Part shown: positions 31,351-40,732 of the stretch, in pieces
Layout: each line of letters opens with the position of its first letter
How positions within the stretch are numbered: the first letter of the stretch is position 1
Origin: Pseudomonadota bacterium
GTDB taxonomy: Bacteria > Pseudomonadota > Gammaproteobacteria > Burkholderiales > JALYOK01
NCBI GenBank assembly: GCA_031419835.1
Contig: JANOLP010000066.1
Span: 1-58,472 of the forward strand
Length of the DNA stretch: 58,472 bases
Reading direction: 5' to 3'
Translations under genes and position numbers: made by a program
The notes under the pieces: model-generated
What the model was told of the DNA's origin: nothing
Database searches by the model: none
The model's input: the letters and a program-made list of their open reading frames with translations, nothing else

Positions 31351-32789
31351 GCCTGTTAATCGATGCGTTAAAACGCGCGGAACGGGCCAAGAATGGCCAA
31401 TCGGAACCCGCGCTTGATGCGCGCAACACAATCGAACGAGCCGTCGATAGCGCGACGACGTCGCTCGATTGGTCCCTTACGGAGCCGTCAGTTGATCCCG
31501 TCATCGGCACAGAAACAACGGTAGTAGCCGAACCCTCCGCGCGAACCGAGCCGAAATTTGCAGAACCGGTAGAAAACGTCCCGCCGCGCGAACCCGTTGT
31601 TTCGACTCCAGCGCCAGCCACTGTTACGGCAAAATCGTGGGCCGCGACTAAATCAGATCAAGCGATCAGGGCTCAGGAGCGCGAAGCGGCGCAAACATTG
31701 TTCGACGCAAAGCGCCCTGCTGCACGTAGTCGCGCCGGTATGCTCGCGCTGCTCGGATTGGCCGCATTGCTTTTGGCCGGCGGTGGGTTCTATGTTTGGT
31801 ATAGCTTCGCGTTTCCGCCCAGCCCGGTTTATCCGTCCGTTCAAGCGCGCCCCGCCGCGCCGCAACCCGCAAGAACAGTGGAAATTGCGCCGCCGCCAAA
31901 ACCAGCAGAGCCGACGCAGGCTGTTGAGACGCCTCCGATTAACACTAAAGTTGCAGAAGCAGCGTCGGCTTCCTCGTCCAATTTAGCCGTCGAAGCGCCT
32001 CCCGTTTCTGAATCGGTTGATGCCGAGATGCCGCAAGGTCCACGGCAAAAGCCGCAGCGCAAGTCCCTTCAAAGCAACGCAACTGCAGCATCAGCGAGCG
32101 ATGTTTCTTCTGAGGAAATCGTCAAACGTGAAATCAATCAAGCCCGGCGCAGCCAATTAACCAAACGCAGCAAAACCACCTCCGACAATGCTGCGATCAA
32201 CGTCGGCAGGAACGCTGAAAATGGTTTCGATGCCGACATTGCGCTTGCGTACAATTCTCTGTTATCGGGCAATCGCGCCGAAGCTAAGCGGCTTTACAGC
32301 ATCGCAGCGGAGCGCGATCCATTCAATACCGACGCCCTGCTCGGCCTCGCCACCATCGCCGGTAACCAAGGCGACATGAACAGCGCCGAGCGCTACTATC
32401 GGCGAACCTTAGAACTCGATCCGCAGAACGCAGCGGCGATTGCCGGCTTATCGTCAATTCGTCAACCTGGCGGCCCGAGCGAAAGTCAGTTGAAATTCGA
32501 GCTTGCCCGCGCCCCGGATTCCGCGCCATTGCAATTCGCGCTGGGCAATCAATTCGCCAATCAAGGTCGCTGGGATGAAGCGCAACAAGCCTATTTCGAC
32601 GCCTTCAGCGCCGACGCAGGCAACGCCGACTATGCCTACAATTTGGCGGTCAGCCTCGATCAATTGAATCAATCGAAGCAAGCGGTTATCTATTATAAAA
32701 AAGCGCAAGAACTTGCGAAGGTTCACGGTTCGCGCTTTCGTTCATCCGACATCAACGCACGCCTGAACGAGCTCAGGCAAGCGCAGTAA
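31347..32789 (+). CDS. TPR protein with Pro-rich linker, MshN-like
   Basis: MSLLIDALKRAE N-terminus, single TM, Pro/Ala/Ser linker, C-terminal TPRs (FALGN, AYNLAVSLD). Confidence 0.8.
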   Translation: MSLLIDALKRAERAKNGQSEPALDARNTIERAVDSATTSLDWSLTEPSVDPVIGTETTVVAEPSARTEPKFAEPVENVPPREPVVSTPAPATVTAKSWAATKSDQAIRAQEREAAQTLFDAKRPAARSRAGMLALLGLAALLLAGGGFYVWYSFAFPPSPVYPSVQARPAAPQPARTVEIAPPPKPAEPTQAVETPPINTKVAEAASASSSNLAVEAPPVSESVDAEMPQGPRQKPQRKSLQSNATAASASDVSSEEIVKREINQARRSQLTKRSKTTSDNAAINVGRNAENGFDADIALAYNSLLSGNRAEAKRLYSIAAERDPFNTDALLGLATIAGNQGDMNSAERYYRRTLELDPQNAAAIAGLSSIRQPGGPSESQLKFELARAPDSAPLQFALGNQFANQGRWDEAQQAYFDAFSADAGNADYAYNLAVSLDQLNQSKQAVIYYKKAQELAKVHGSRFRSSDINARLNELRQAQ

Positions 32790-32799
32790 CGCGATCACC

Positions 32800-34533
32800 A
32801 TGTCTGCGGTTCCGGCCACCTCTGCCGTTTCAAATTCGAGCACAAAACAACCGCTCGGTGCGGTGTTGTTGGAAAAAGGCATCATCAGTCACGATCAGTT
32901 GCGCATCGCGCTGATTGAGCAGAAAAAACGCAACATTCCTCTCGGCAAAATTCTGGTCAGCCTCGGATTCGTTTCCGAGGCAACGATCCGCGATATTTTG
33001 TCGGAAAATCTCGGTCAGGTTGCAATCGATCTATCCAATACGGTGGCCGATCCTGGCGCGTTGGCGTTGATTCCGAAGGAAGCAGCACGGCGCTACCACG
33101 TATTGCCAGTCGCGTTCATCCGCGAAGAAAATAAACTGATCACCGCGATTTCCGATCCGACCGATGTCGTGGCCCTGGATCAAATTCGCGCGCTGGTTCC
33201 CGACAGCATTCGCGTAGAACCCATGTTGGCGCGGGAATCTGACATTATCGCCGGCATCGAACAATATTACGGATTTGAGCTGTCGATTGATGGCATCTTG
33301 CACGAAATCGAAACCGGCGAAATCGACTACGCCAGTATCCAGGCGAATTTCGACGAATACAGCCAGCCGGTGGTCAGATTGTGCGACGCAATTTTGAACG
33401 ATGCCGCCAAACAAGGCGCGTCGGACATTCACTTCGAGCCGGAACATGGCTTTCTGCGGGTACGCTATCGGCTAGACGGCGTGCTGCGGCAAATTCGCTC
33501 GCTGCACAAAAATTATTGGCCAGCGATGGTGGTGCGTCTGAAAGTCATGAGCAGCATGAACATCGCCGAAACGCGAGCGCCGCAAGACGGCCGATTCTCA
33601 TTAGTACTCTCGGGTCACCCGGTTGATTTTCGCGTCTCGAGTTTGCCGACAACGCACGGAGAAAACCTTGTCCTGCGTATTCTGGATCGGCAAAAAGGCA
33701 TCGTACCGATCGAACAGCTAGGGCTGCAGGAACAAGGCCAGCAAACCTTGCAGTTAATGATCGCGCGACCCGAAGGCATGATTCTCGTCACCGGCCCGAC
33801 CGGCAGCGGTAAGACCACTACGCTCTATTCGATTTTGAATCGTATCAATGTCGAGGGCATTAACATTATGACTCTCGAAGAGCCGGTGGAATATCCGATG
33901 CCATTGATTCGACAAACCTCGGTGAACGAAGCGGTGAAGCTCGATTTCGCCAACGGCATTCGCTCGATGATGCGGCAAGATCCCGACGTCATTTTAGTCG
34001 GCGAGATTCGCGATCACGATACCGCGGAAATGGCGTTTCGAGCCGCGATGACCGGCCACCAGGTGTATTCGACGCTGCACACCAATTCCGCGATCGGCGC
34101 CATTCCACGTCTGCTTGACCTTGGCGTTTTACCCGACATCATGGCGGGCAACATCATCGGCGTCATCGCCCAGCGTTTACTGCGGCGCCTTTGTACACGC
34201 TGCAAAAAACCCATTGCCGCAGATCCGACGACACTGCAATTGCTTCGACACAATAAAGATGCGCCGGTGCCGATGGTTTACCAGGCGGTCGGTTGTAGCC
34301 ACTGCAATAGCACTGGCTATAAGGGCCGCATGGCAATCATGGAAATTCTCAAAATGGATGCGGACCTTGACGAGTTGGTCGCCCGCCGCGCTACGGGCCG
34401 CGAGATGCGCAAAATGGCGGAGGAAAAAGGCTTCCACTCCCTCGCCGACGATGGCGTTCGGCGGGTGTTAAGCGGCGAAACTTCGCTTGACGAAATTTCG
34501 CGCGTGGTCGATTTAACCGATCGTATTCAGTAA
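32800..34533 (+). CDS. mshE: Type IV filament assembly ATPase (MshE/PilB/GspE family)
   Basis: MshEN-like LG..L...G repeats, ASDIHFEP, GPTGSGKTT, RQDPDVILVGEIRD, TGH..STLH, Zn tetracysteine. Confidence 0.95.
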   Translation: MSAVPATSAVSNSSTKQPLGAVLLEKGIISHDQLRIALIEQKKRNIPLGKILVSLGFVSEATIRDILSENLGQVAIDLSNTVADPGALALIPKEAARRYHVLPVAFIREENKLITAISDPTDVVALDQIRALVPDSIRVEPMLARESDIIAGIEQYYGFELSIDGILHEIETGEIDYASIQANFDEYSQPVVRLCDAILNDAAKQGASDIHFEPEHGFLRVRYRLDGVLRQIRSLHKNYWPAMVVRLKVMSSMNIAETRAPQDGRFSLVLSGHPVDFRVSSLPTTHGENLVLRILDRQKGIVPIEQLGLQEQGQQTLQLMIARPEGMILVTGPTGSGKTTTLYSILNRINVEGINIMTLEEPVEYPMPLIRQTSVNEAVKLDFANGIRSMMRQDPDVILVGEIRDHDTAEMAFRAAMTGHQVYSTLHTNSAIGAIPRLLDLGVLPDIMAGNIIGVIAQRLLRRLCTRCKKPIAADPTTLQLLRHNKDAPVPMVYQAVGCSHCNSTGYKGRMAIMEILKMDADLDELVARRATGREMRKMAEEKGFHSLADDGVRRVLSGETSLDEISRVVDLTDRIQ

Positions 34534-34537
34534 CGCC

Positions 34538-35740
34538 ATGCAGTTTGCCTACCGCGCCATGGACAATCAAGGCAAGATCATTCGCGGCAGCATCGACGCA
34601 GTGAACGCGCTCGATTTGGAGATGCGCTTAAAACGCATGAGCTTGGATTTGATCGCGAGCAAGCCATCGCGTGCGCTGAAAAGTTTTCAATTCGGGTCAC
34701 CCATCAATCGTCAAGAATTGATCAACTTTTGCTTCCATTTAGAACAATTGCTACACGCCGGCGTCCCGATTATCGACGCGCTGGTGGATTTGCGCGATAG
34801 CGTCGACAAACCGCAGTTTCGCGAAGTGTTGGCGAACATGATCGAAACGATCGAGGGCGGTAAAACATTGTCGGAATCGTTGGCGGTACACCCGCGCATC
34901 TTCGATACGGTATTCGTGAACTTGGTACGCGCAGGCGAAGCCAGCGGCCAACTCGGCGAAGTGTTATCGAAGCTTACCGAAAACCTGAAGTGGCAGGATG
35001 AAATCGCCAAGCAAACGCGCAACATCGTGATCTATCCAGCGGTCACGGGGGTCGTGGTTCTCGGCGTCGTGTTTTTTCTGATGGTTTATCTCGTGCCCAA
35101 ACTCGTGACAGTTATTCGAACACTGGATTCGAATATCGCGACTAGCACCAAAATTTTGATTGCGGTGTCGAATTTTTTTGTGAATTATTGGTATATCGCA
35201 TTGTTCCTGCCGATTGCATTAATCGTCGCATTCGGCGCTTGGGCGAAGTCGAGCAGCAAGCTACAGTATCGAATCGACGAGCTAAAACTGAACATGCCGG
35301 TCATCGGCACGATGAACAGGCGCATTATTCTCGCGCGCTTTTCGACTTTCTTTGCATTGATGTACGCATCGGGAATCACGATTCTCGATTGCATCCGCAT
35401 TTCCGAAAAAATTTCCGGCAACAAAGTGATCGAAGCGGGCTTAGAACAAGTCGGGCGCTCGATTGCCGATGGAAAAAGTTTGACCGAAGCATTTCAAAAT
35501 GTTGGATTATTTCCGCCGTTGGTATTGCGCATGCTGAAAGTCGGCGAGGCCACCGGCGGGCTAGATAACGCACTGCGCAACGTCAGTTATTTTTACAATC
35601 GCGATGTCAAAGAAGCGATTGAGGGTGTGCAAAAGTTAATCGAGCCGATGACAATTCTCGTGATCGGCACCATTTTGGTATTGACCTTGTTACCCGTCTT
35701 CGGACCGATTTACGATGCGATCAGCAAAGTCAAAATCTAA
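34538..35740 (+). CDS. mshG: Inner-membrane platform protein (MshG/PilC/GspF family)
   Basis: F.YRA.D..G, AGVPI, AGEASG.L, YP, VGEATG.LD, LIEP. Confidence 0.93.
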   Translation: MQFAYRAMDNQGKIIRGSIDAVNALDLEMRLKRMSLDLIASKPSRALKSFQFGSPINRQELINFCFHLEQLLHAGVPIIDALVDLRDSVDKPQFREVLANMIETIEGGKTLSESLAVHPRIFDTVFVNLVRAGEASGQLGEVLSKLTENLKWQDEIAKQTRNIVIYPAVTGVVVLGVVFFLMVYLVPKLVTVIRTLDSNIATSTKILIAVSNFFVNYWYIALFLPIALIVAFGAWAKSSSKLQYRIDELKLNMPVIGTMNRRIILARFSTFFALMYASGITILDCIRISEKISGNKVIEAGLEQVGRSIADGKSLTEAFQNVGLFPPLVLRMLKVGEATGGLDNALRNVSYFYNRDVKEAIEGVQKLIEPMTILVIGTILVLTLLPVFGPIYDAISKVKI

Positions 35741-35817
35741 ATGCCCGCAGACGCAATACGGATGCGCCTCAGCAGGCATGCCCTGCCACGATCAAGCACC
35801 CATGCGGCTCTTGCGCC
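35741..35817. repeat. Family 1 repeat, two units
   Basis: Reverse complement AGCCGCATGGGTGCT...GGCATGCCTGCTGAGGCGCATCCGTATTGC aligns with the 21 kb copy. Confidence 0.65.
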
Positions 35818-35826
35818 AATTGAATA

Positions 35827-37410
35827 ATGTTTAGAAAGCATCTCCTTTATTTGACCAATGAGCGTTTGCTGTCAGTGATCTGGCGCAACGGCAAAACGCT
35901 CGCCGCAGAATCGTTTCCGATCGATGCCGCGGGCCAGGCCGCGTTCAAGAATCATCTCAAGCAACGGGCAAAGCTGCGGGCGTATTTTTTGGTCGATCTG
36001 ATTGAAGAAGATTTTCGACTCGATACGATTCCTCACGTTCGCGGTGGCGATCGGCGACTGTTGCTCGATCGAAAATTGAACCAAATGTTTCGCGGTACGC
36101 CATTTCGCCACGCCGTCGTGTTGGATCGCGAAAGTGCCGGGCGGCGCGATGATCGCGTACTTTACACCTCGATTACCAATCCGGAGTTGCTCACGCCCTG
36201 GCTCGACTTGCTCGACGCGGCTCGCGCGCCGCTCGTCGGCATTTATTCCGCGCCGCTGTTGTCGGCACGCTTGCTCAAGCCGCTCGGCTTGACGGCGAAA
36301 CATGAGTTGTTGGTGACGTTGCATCAAGGCGATCATCTACGTCAGAGTTACACGCATCTCGGCAAAACTAAATTCAGCCGCATGACGCCGTTCGGCGGCG
36401 CACAGATGCAGAACCGCGTGGCGGCAATTGGCGAAGAAGTTCGAAAAACCTGGGAGTATCTGGAAAGTCTACGCTACTTTGAATCCGGCGAAGCGCTACA
36501 CGTTTGCGTCCTCGCCGATCCAAAAGACTTAAAAGGCTCGGCCGATATGTTGCCGCAGCAATCGGGTCTGGAATATGAATTTGCCGACATCGCGAAAGCG
36601 GCAAAGAGCATTGGCCTAATGCAACCGCTGAGTAACTCGAATGCAGAATGGTTGTTACTACATTTGCTTGGCCGCGCCCCCCCAAAGAATCATTTCGCGC
36701 GGAGCGAGCTCGTCCACCGGTCTGTAGTTTGGCGCGTGAAACAAACTGCGATTGCGGCAGGCGCTGGCGCGCTAGTCATTAGCGCAACGCTTGGTAGCGC
36801 GAATTTCATCGACGGCAAATTCACCATGAATCGGGTACGGCAAATTCAAAATGAAACAACACAGATAGAACAGGAACGACAGGTCATCATGCGCGGTTTG
36901 CCGAATTCTAGTGTCGCTGCGGATGTCATGGGAAACACCGTAAATTTCTACAATCAGACGGTAAAAGAATCGCCCGATTTTGCGCAAGCTGCGGTTGCGC
37001 TAAGCCGAATCCTGACACGTTTTCCCGATGCTAAATTGTCCGACTTCACCTGGGCAACGACCACTGATCCCAATAAGCCCATTGCCGGTTCAGCGACATC
37101 AGGACTTGACAGCGCGCAGACCGCCGGGCAAAACAGCGGCGCCGTAAGCGCGCCGATCGATGGACGCATTTATCAGATACTAATCGTGGAAGCCAAATTC
37201 GATGACGTCGGCCAAGATCAACGTAAAGCGCTTGAGCGCGTCGCGAGTTTGAAAGGCGCTATAGCGAAAGATATGGGGGCGATGGTGTCGGTGCTTGTTC
37301 AGCCGTTGGACGCAAGCGAGAATGTGAGCTTGCGCGGAAGTGCCCGACCGATACCAGAAAAACACGATGCGGAATTCGCGTTCAGAATAGTTATCCCGCC
37401 CCGGTCATGA
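35827..37410 (+). CDS. Pilus alignment protein, fused PilM/PilN (MshI/GspL)-like
   Basis: Cytoplasmic domain, single TM, coiled coil and periplasmic domain; follows the platform gene. Confidence 0.6.
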   Translation: MFRKHLLYLTNERLLSVIWRNGKTLAAESFPIDAAGQAAFKNHLKQRAKLRAYFLVDLIEEDFRLDTIPHVRGGDRRLLLDRKLNQMFRGTPFRHAVVLDRESAGRRDDRVLYTSITNPELLTPWLDLLDAARAPLVGIYSAPLLSARLLKPLGLTAKHELLVTLHQGDHLRQSYTHLGKTKFSRMTPFGGAQMQNRVAAIGEEVRKTWEYLESLRYFESGEALHVCVLADPKDLKGSADMLPQQSGLEYEFADIAKAAKSIGLMQPLSNSNAEWLLLHLLGRAPPKNHFARSELVHRSVVWRVKQTAIAAGAGALVISATLGSANFIDGKFTMNRVRQIQNETTQIEQERQVIMRGLPNSSVAADVMGNTVNFYNQTVKESPDFAQAAVALSRILTRFPDAKLSDFTWATTTDPNKPIAGSATSGLDSAQTAGQNSGAVSAPIDGRIYQILIVEAKFDDVGQDQRKALERVASLKGAIAKDMGAMVSVLVQPLDASENVSLRGSARPIPEKHDAEFAFRIVIPPRS

Positions 37411-38000
37411 CAAAAATAAAACCCGACGATGTTTCATTGTTGCGTGGTGCGATGCTTTTCCTGCTTGCGGCGGTGATCGTCAGTCTCGCGGTGTGGGTGG
37501 GTTCTTGGCAGTATCAGAAAATGGCGGAAAGCGAAGAAGATTCGGCGAAACGTAGTTTAGGCGCGGCGCAGGCGCAGCTTGCGAACGCGCGCGCGCAGCA
37601 ACAATTTTTCGCGGAAAACCAGACCACTTACGCGGAGCTTGGCGCCAAAGGTCTATTCAGCGAAGAGAAACGGTTGGATTGGATTGAGGCAGTACATCGG
37701 CTGCGCGATCGCCATCATATTTTTAATATCGACTACGAATTGTCCGCTCAACAGAAAATGACTACGGCGGCGAACAATGTTGCCGCATACGCCAGTAAAG
37801 TAGACCTTAAATTCTCCCTGCTTCACGAACAGGATTTGCTCGATTTTCTTGGCGACTTTAAAAAGGAAGTGCCGGGAATATTTGTGCTGGATTCATGTAC
37901 GCTCAGCCGAACATCAATTGGCTCACGTGAGGCGAAAGAGCCGAATCTTGCCGGCGGCTGTACGATGCAGTGGGTCACGGTGAAAGAAAAAACATTGTGA
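37407..38000 (+). CDS. Pilus alignment protein, PilO/MshJ-like
   Basis: N-terminal TM, coiled coil, ferredoxin-like C-terminus (LLHEQDLL.F); operon position. Confidence 0.55.
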   Translation: MTKIKPDDVSLLRGAMLFLLAAVIVSLAVWVGSWQYQKMAESEEDSAKRSLGAAQAQLANARAQQQFFAENQTTYAELGAKGLFSEEKRLDWIEAVHRLRDRHHIFNIDYELSAQQKMTTAANNVAAYASKVDLKFSLLHEQDLLDFLGDFKKEVPGIFVLDSCTLSRTSIGSREAKEPNLAGGCTMQWVTVKEKTL

Positions 38001-38326
38001 GAGGGAATCGCGCGCTTAAGATTATCGCTTTGTTAGTCATGTTGTCTGGGTTCGCGCCACAGACCAGTGCAGACGAACTTGGCCGATTATTTTTCAGTGC
38101 CGATGAACGCCGCGCACTAAATCAAAAGCGATCGACTCCTTCGCAAGATTCGCCGCGAGAATCCGTACCAAAACCCGTTGCGAACTTGGAGCCGGCCGAG
38201 TCGGTTCAGTTAGCGCCACCGAAGATCACGGGAAGAGTCGCTCGCAGTAGCGGGAATAATACGGTGTGGGTCAATGAAACGCCGAATTACCTTCGCAATT
38301 CCCCAGCACGACGGTTTCGAGACTGA
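37997..38326 (+). CDS. Small exported pilus protein (MshK/PilP-position)
   Basis: GTG start overlapping the upstream stop, signal peptide, LGRLFFS..ER..L, ITG.V.RS.G..TVWVN. Confidence 0.6.
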   Translation: MRGNRALKIIALLVMLSGFAPQTSADELGRLFFSADERRALNQKRSTPSQDSPRESVPKPVANLEPAESVQLAPPKITGRVARSSGNNTVWVNETPNYLRNSPARRFRD

Positions 38327-38341
38327 GCGCCGCCGCATATC

Positions 38342-39754
38342 GTGTACAAAAATGGTGAATTGCCTACTAAGCAAAATGGCCTGGCTCTACTAATCTTTGT
38401 TGTTGTACTGGCCTTAGCTGCAATTGGAATAGTGGTAAGTGGATTGTCAACTAACGCGGCAAGAGTGGGGCGCCACAATGTCACCGCCGCCGCACTGGCT
38501 AAGGCCAAGGAAGCGCTCATCGCCTACGCAGTCACCTATTCTGATACGCACTCAGATGTCCCCGGCTATCTTCCGTGCGCAGATAACGGCACATTCGAGG
38601 GTAGCAGTGCAAGTAACTGTGGGCCGAAGAATGTGAGCAAGCTCGGTCGCCTGCCGTGGCGCGAGCTGGGGATTGAGACTCTACGGGATTCGAGCGGCGA
38701 GTGTTTGTGGTACGCCGTATCCGGAACATTCAAGAAATTACCTCAAACGGACCTGATGAATTGGGACAACAACGGTTTGCTTGAAGTCATAGCCGAAGAT
38801 GGTGTAACGCTTTTGGCCGGATCAAAACCGGAAAATCGCGCGGTCGCCGCGGTAATCGCGCCGGGATCTGCCTTAGGAAGTCAGAACCGGGCGAAGGTAG
38901 CGAGCGCCGCTGAATGTGGCGGGAACTACGTGGGGTCGAACTATCTCGAGTCAAGCAAAGGCGTAAATAATTCGCTGCTGTCGTCCGTCGCGAATAACAT
39001 TAGCAGACTCATTACGGGACTTGCATCGGAGAATTTCAACGACCGAATGATTTTCATAACGCCGGAGGAAATATTTGAACCGATTCGCAAACGCAAGGAT
39101 GTACGCGCGCGGCTAGAAGCCTTAACTCGAACCATTGGCGAGTGCTTGGGGAAATATGGGGAATTTAACGGAACGCCTATCGCTATAGCGGATCATCGGC
39201 TACCGTGGCCGGCGCTGGTAAACCTCGCAAGTTTCAATGCGAATAGCAGTTATGACGATACCGCCGCGGCGAGCAGGAAATCAGGTCGGTTGCCGTTTGT
39301 TGTCAAAACGTCGAAAGCGGCGACGTCAAATCAGATGTCTGGCAATAATCTGTTAAGCGATGTGGGATTAAGTATATGCCCTTCGTGGACACCCGACGAC
39401 GCGACATGGTATCGAAACTGGAAAGACCATTTTTTCTATTACTTAGGCGGTAGTTTTGCGCCCACCTCGCCGTCTCCCACGGCGGTACCCTGCGTGTCGT
39501 GCCTTTCGGTGGAGGGTAGCGGAAGGTATGCGGCTGTCGTATTGTTTGCCTCGGAGAAAATGGCGGGTCAATCGCGCAATTCCATCGCCGAGAAAGGTTT
39601 GATCGAAAATTACTTGGAGGGCCGAAATGCAACGAGTCATCCGAATCTAAGCGGGACGAGTAATCTTGAAAAATCACCTTCGACAAATGACTATCTGGTT
39701 TGCTTAGAATTTGATTCCATATCGAATGCGGCGCGCGTTTTTCCTTGCCCGTGA
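38342..39754 (+). CDS. Large Cys-rich minor pilin (PilX/GspK-type leader, no Glu5)
   Basis: KQNG|LALLIFVVVL leader, AL.KAKEALIAYA, GYLPC, GRLPW.ELG. Confidence 0.75.
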   Translation: MYKNGELPTKQNGLALLIFVVVLALAAIGIVVSGLSTNAARVGRHNVTAAALAKAKEALIAYAVTYSDTHSDVPGYLPCADNGTFEGSSASNCGPKNVSKLGRLPWRELGIETLRDSSGECLWYAVSGTFKKLPQTDLMNWDNNGLLEVIAEDGVTLLAGSKPENRAVAAVIAPGSALGSQNRAKVASAAECGGNYVGSNYLESSKGVNNSLLSSVANNISRLITGLASENFNDRMIFITPEEIFEPIRKRKDVRARLEALTRTIGECLGKYGEFNGTPIAIADHRLPWPALVNLASFNANSSYDDTAAASRKSGRLPFVVKTSKAATSNQMSGNNLLSDVGLSICPSWTPDDATWYRNWKDHFFYYLGGSFAPTSPSPTAVPCVSCLSVEGSGRYAAVVLFASEKMAGQSRNSIAEKGLIENYLEGRNATSHPNLSGTSNLEKSPSTNDYLVCLEFDSISNAARVFPCP

Positions 39755-39773
39755 CTAGTAATGCCCGACCATA

Positions 39774-40637
39774 ATGCTCACCATGCATAGACTTCCATTC
39801 CGGCGCCATCGGTCGTTGCAAGTCGGTTTTACCCTGATTGAGCTTGCGATAGTCTTGGTCATTCTCGGCTTGGTTTTGGGGGGGCTGGTGGTTCCGCTCG
39901 CTACGCAAGTTCAATCGCGTAAGGTCAATGAAACGGAAGCAATAATTGGTGAAATTAAGGAATCGCTTTACGGATATGCGATAGCAAACGGTCGACTACC
40001 CTGCCCGGCGACGATTGCGGCCAATGGGATGGAGAATCGTCGAAACGATGATGCCGGAATTGGTCCAATAGATGCCCAAACAGACGGCTGCCGAGGTGGA
40101 AGTTATTCTGGTTTACTTCCTTGGGCAACGCTAGGCGTACCCGAAATGGATGCCTGGGGAAATCGCTTTAGGTATCGCGTCACTAATGAGTTTACAAGAG
40201 CCAATGGCGACGCAACGGCGATTGGTTTCTGCGTAAGCCCTGGGCCCGTTGTGCCCGGCACCGATCCAAACGCCTGCACTCTAGAATTGATGGATGCCGG
40301 CGATCTAATAGTCGAAACCCGCGATCCCACGACAAAAACAAAAAGGAATTTATCCACTCAAGTGCCCGCAGCGGTTGTTTCTTTCGGACGCAATGGACAT
40401 GGCGCCACGAACAATCAAGGCATCGTTTTGCCCGACCCACCAGCGGCAAATTTAGATGAGAATCAAAACACAAATGCTGCATCGATTCGCTTTTTAAGCC
40501 GTACCGCAACGGATGAACAGGCCGGATGCAGTGACAGCGCCGCAGGGCAACCATTTTGTGAGTTTGATGACATTGTTTCGTGGATCCCGACTTCTGTACT
40601 CTTTAATCGCTTACTTGCTGCCGGTCGTTTGCCCTAA
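39774..40637 (+). CDS. Minor pilin with prepilin N-terminal cleavage/methylation motif
   Basis: G|FTLIELAIVLVILG, GRLPCPA, GLLPWATLG, DAWG. Confidence 0.9.
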   Translation: MLTMHRLPFRRHRSLQVGFTLIELAIVLVILGLVLGGLVVPLATQVQSRKVNETEAIIGEIKESLYGYAIANGRLPCPATIAANGMENRRNDDAGIGPIDAQTDGCRGGSYSGLLPWATLGVPEMDAWGNRFRYRVTNEFTRANGDATAIGFCVSPGPVVPGTDPNACTLELMDAGDLIVETRDPTTKTKRNLSTQVPAAVVSFGRNGHGATNNQGIVLPDPPAANLDENQNTNAASIRFLSRTATDEQAGCSDSAAGQPFCEFDDIVSWIPTSVLFNRLLAAGRLP

Positions 40638-40667
40638 GCGTCGCATCGCCACAAGCCGCACCAAATC

Positions 40668-40722
40668 TGCCTCACAGCAGGGCATGGCCGAAACGGCGCA
40701 GCAATATTGGCTCAGGGCGGTG
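40668..40722. repeat. Family 1 repeat, degenerate copy
   Basis: GGCATGGCCGAAACGGCGCAGCAATATTGGCTCAGG resembles the 29.4 kb and 48.2 kb copies. Confidence 0.4.
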
Positions 40723-40732
40723 CCGCCGAGAA

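Noticed and set aside
30703-31431. 242-aa antisense ORF, and the many similar shadow ORFs
   Set aside because: Opposite well-supported genes, with no recognisable motifs; expected from codon bias in moderately GC-rich DNA.
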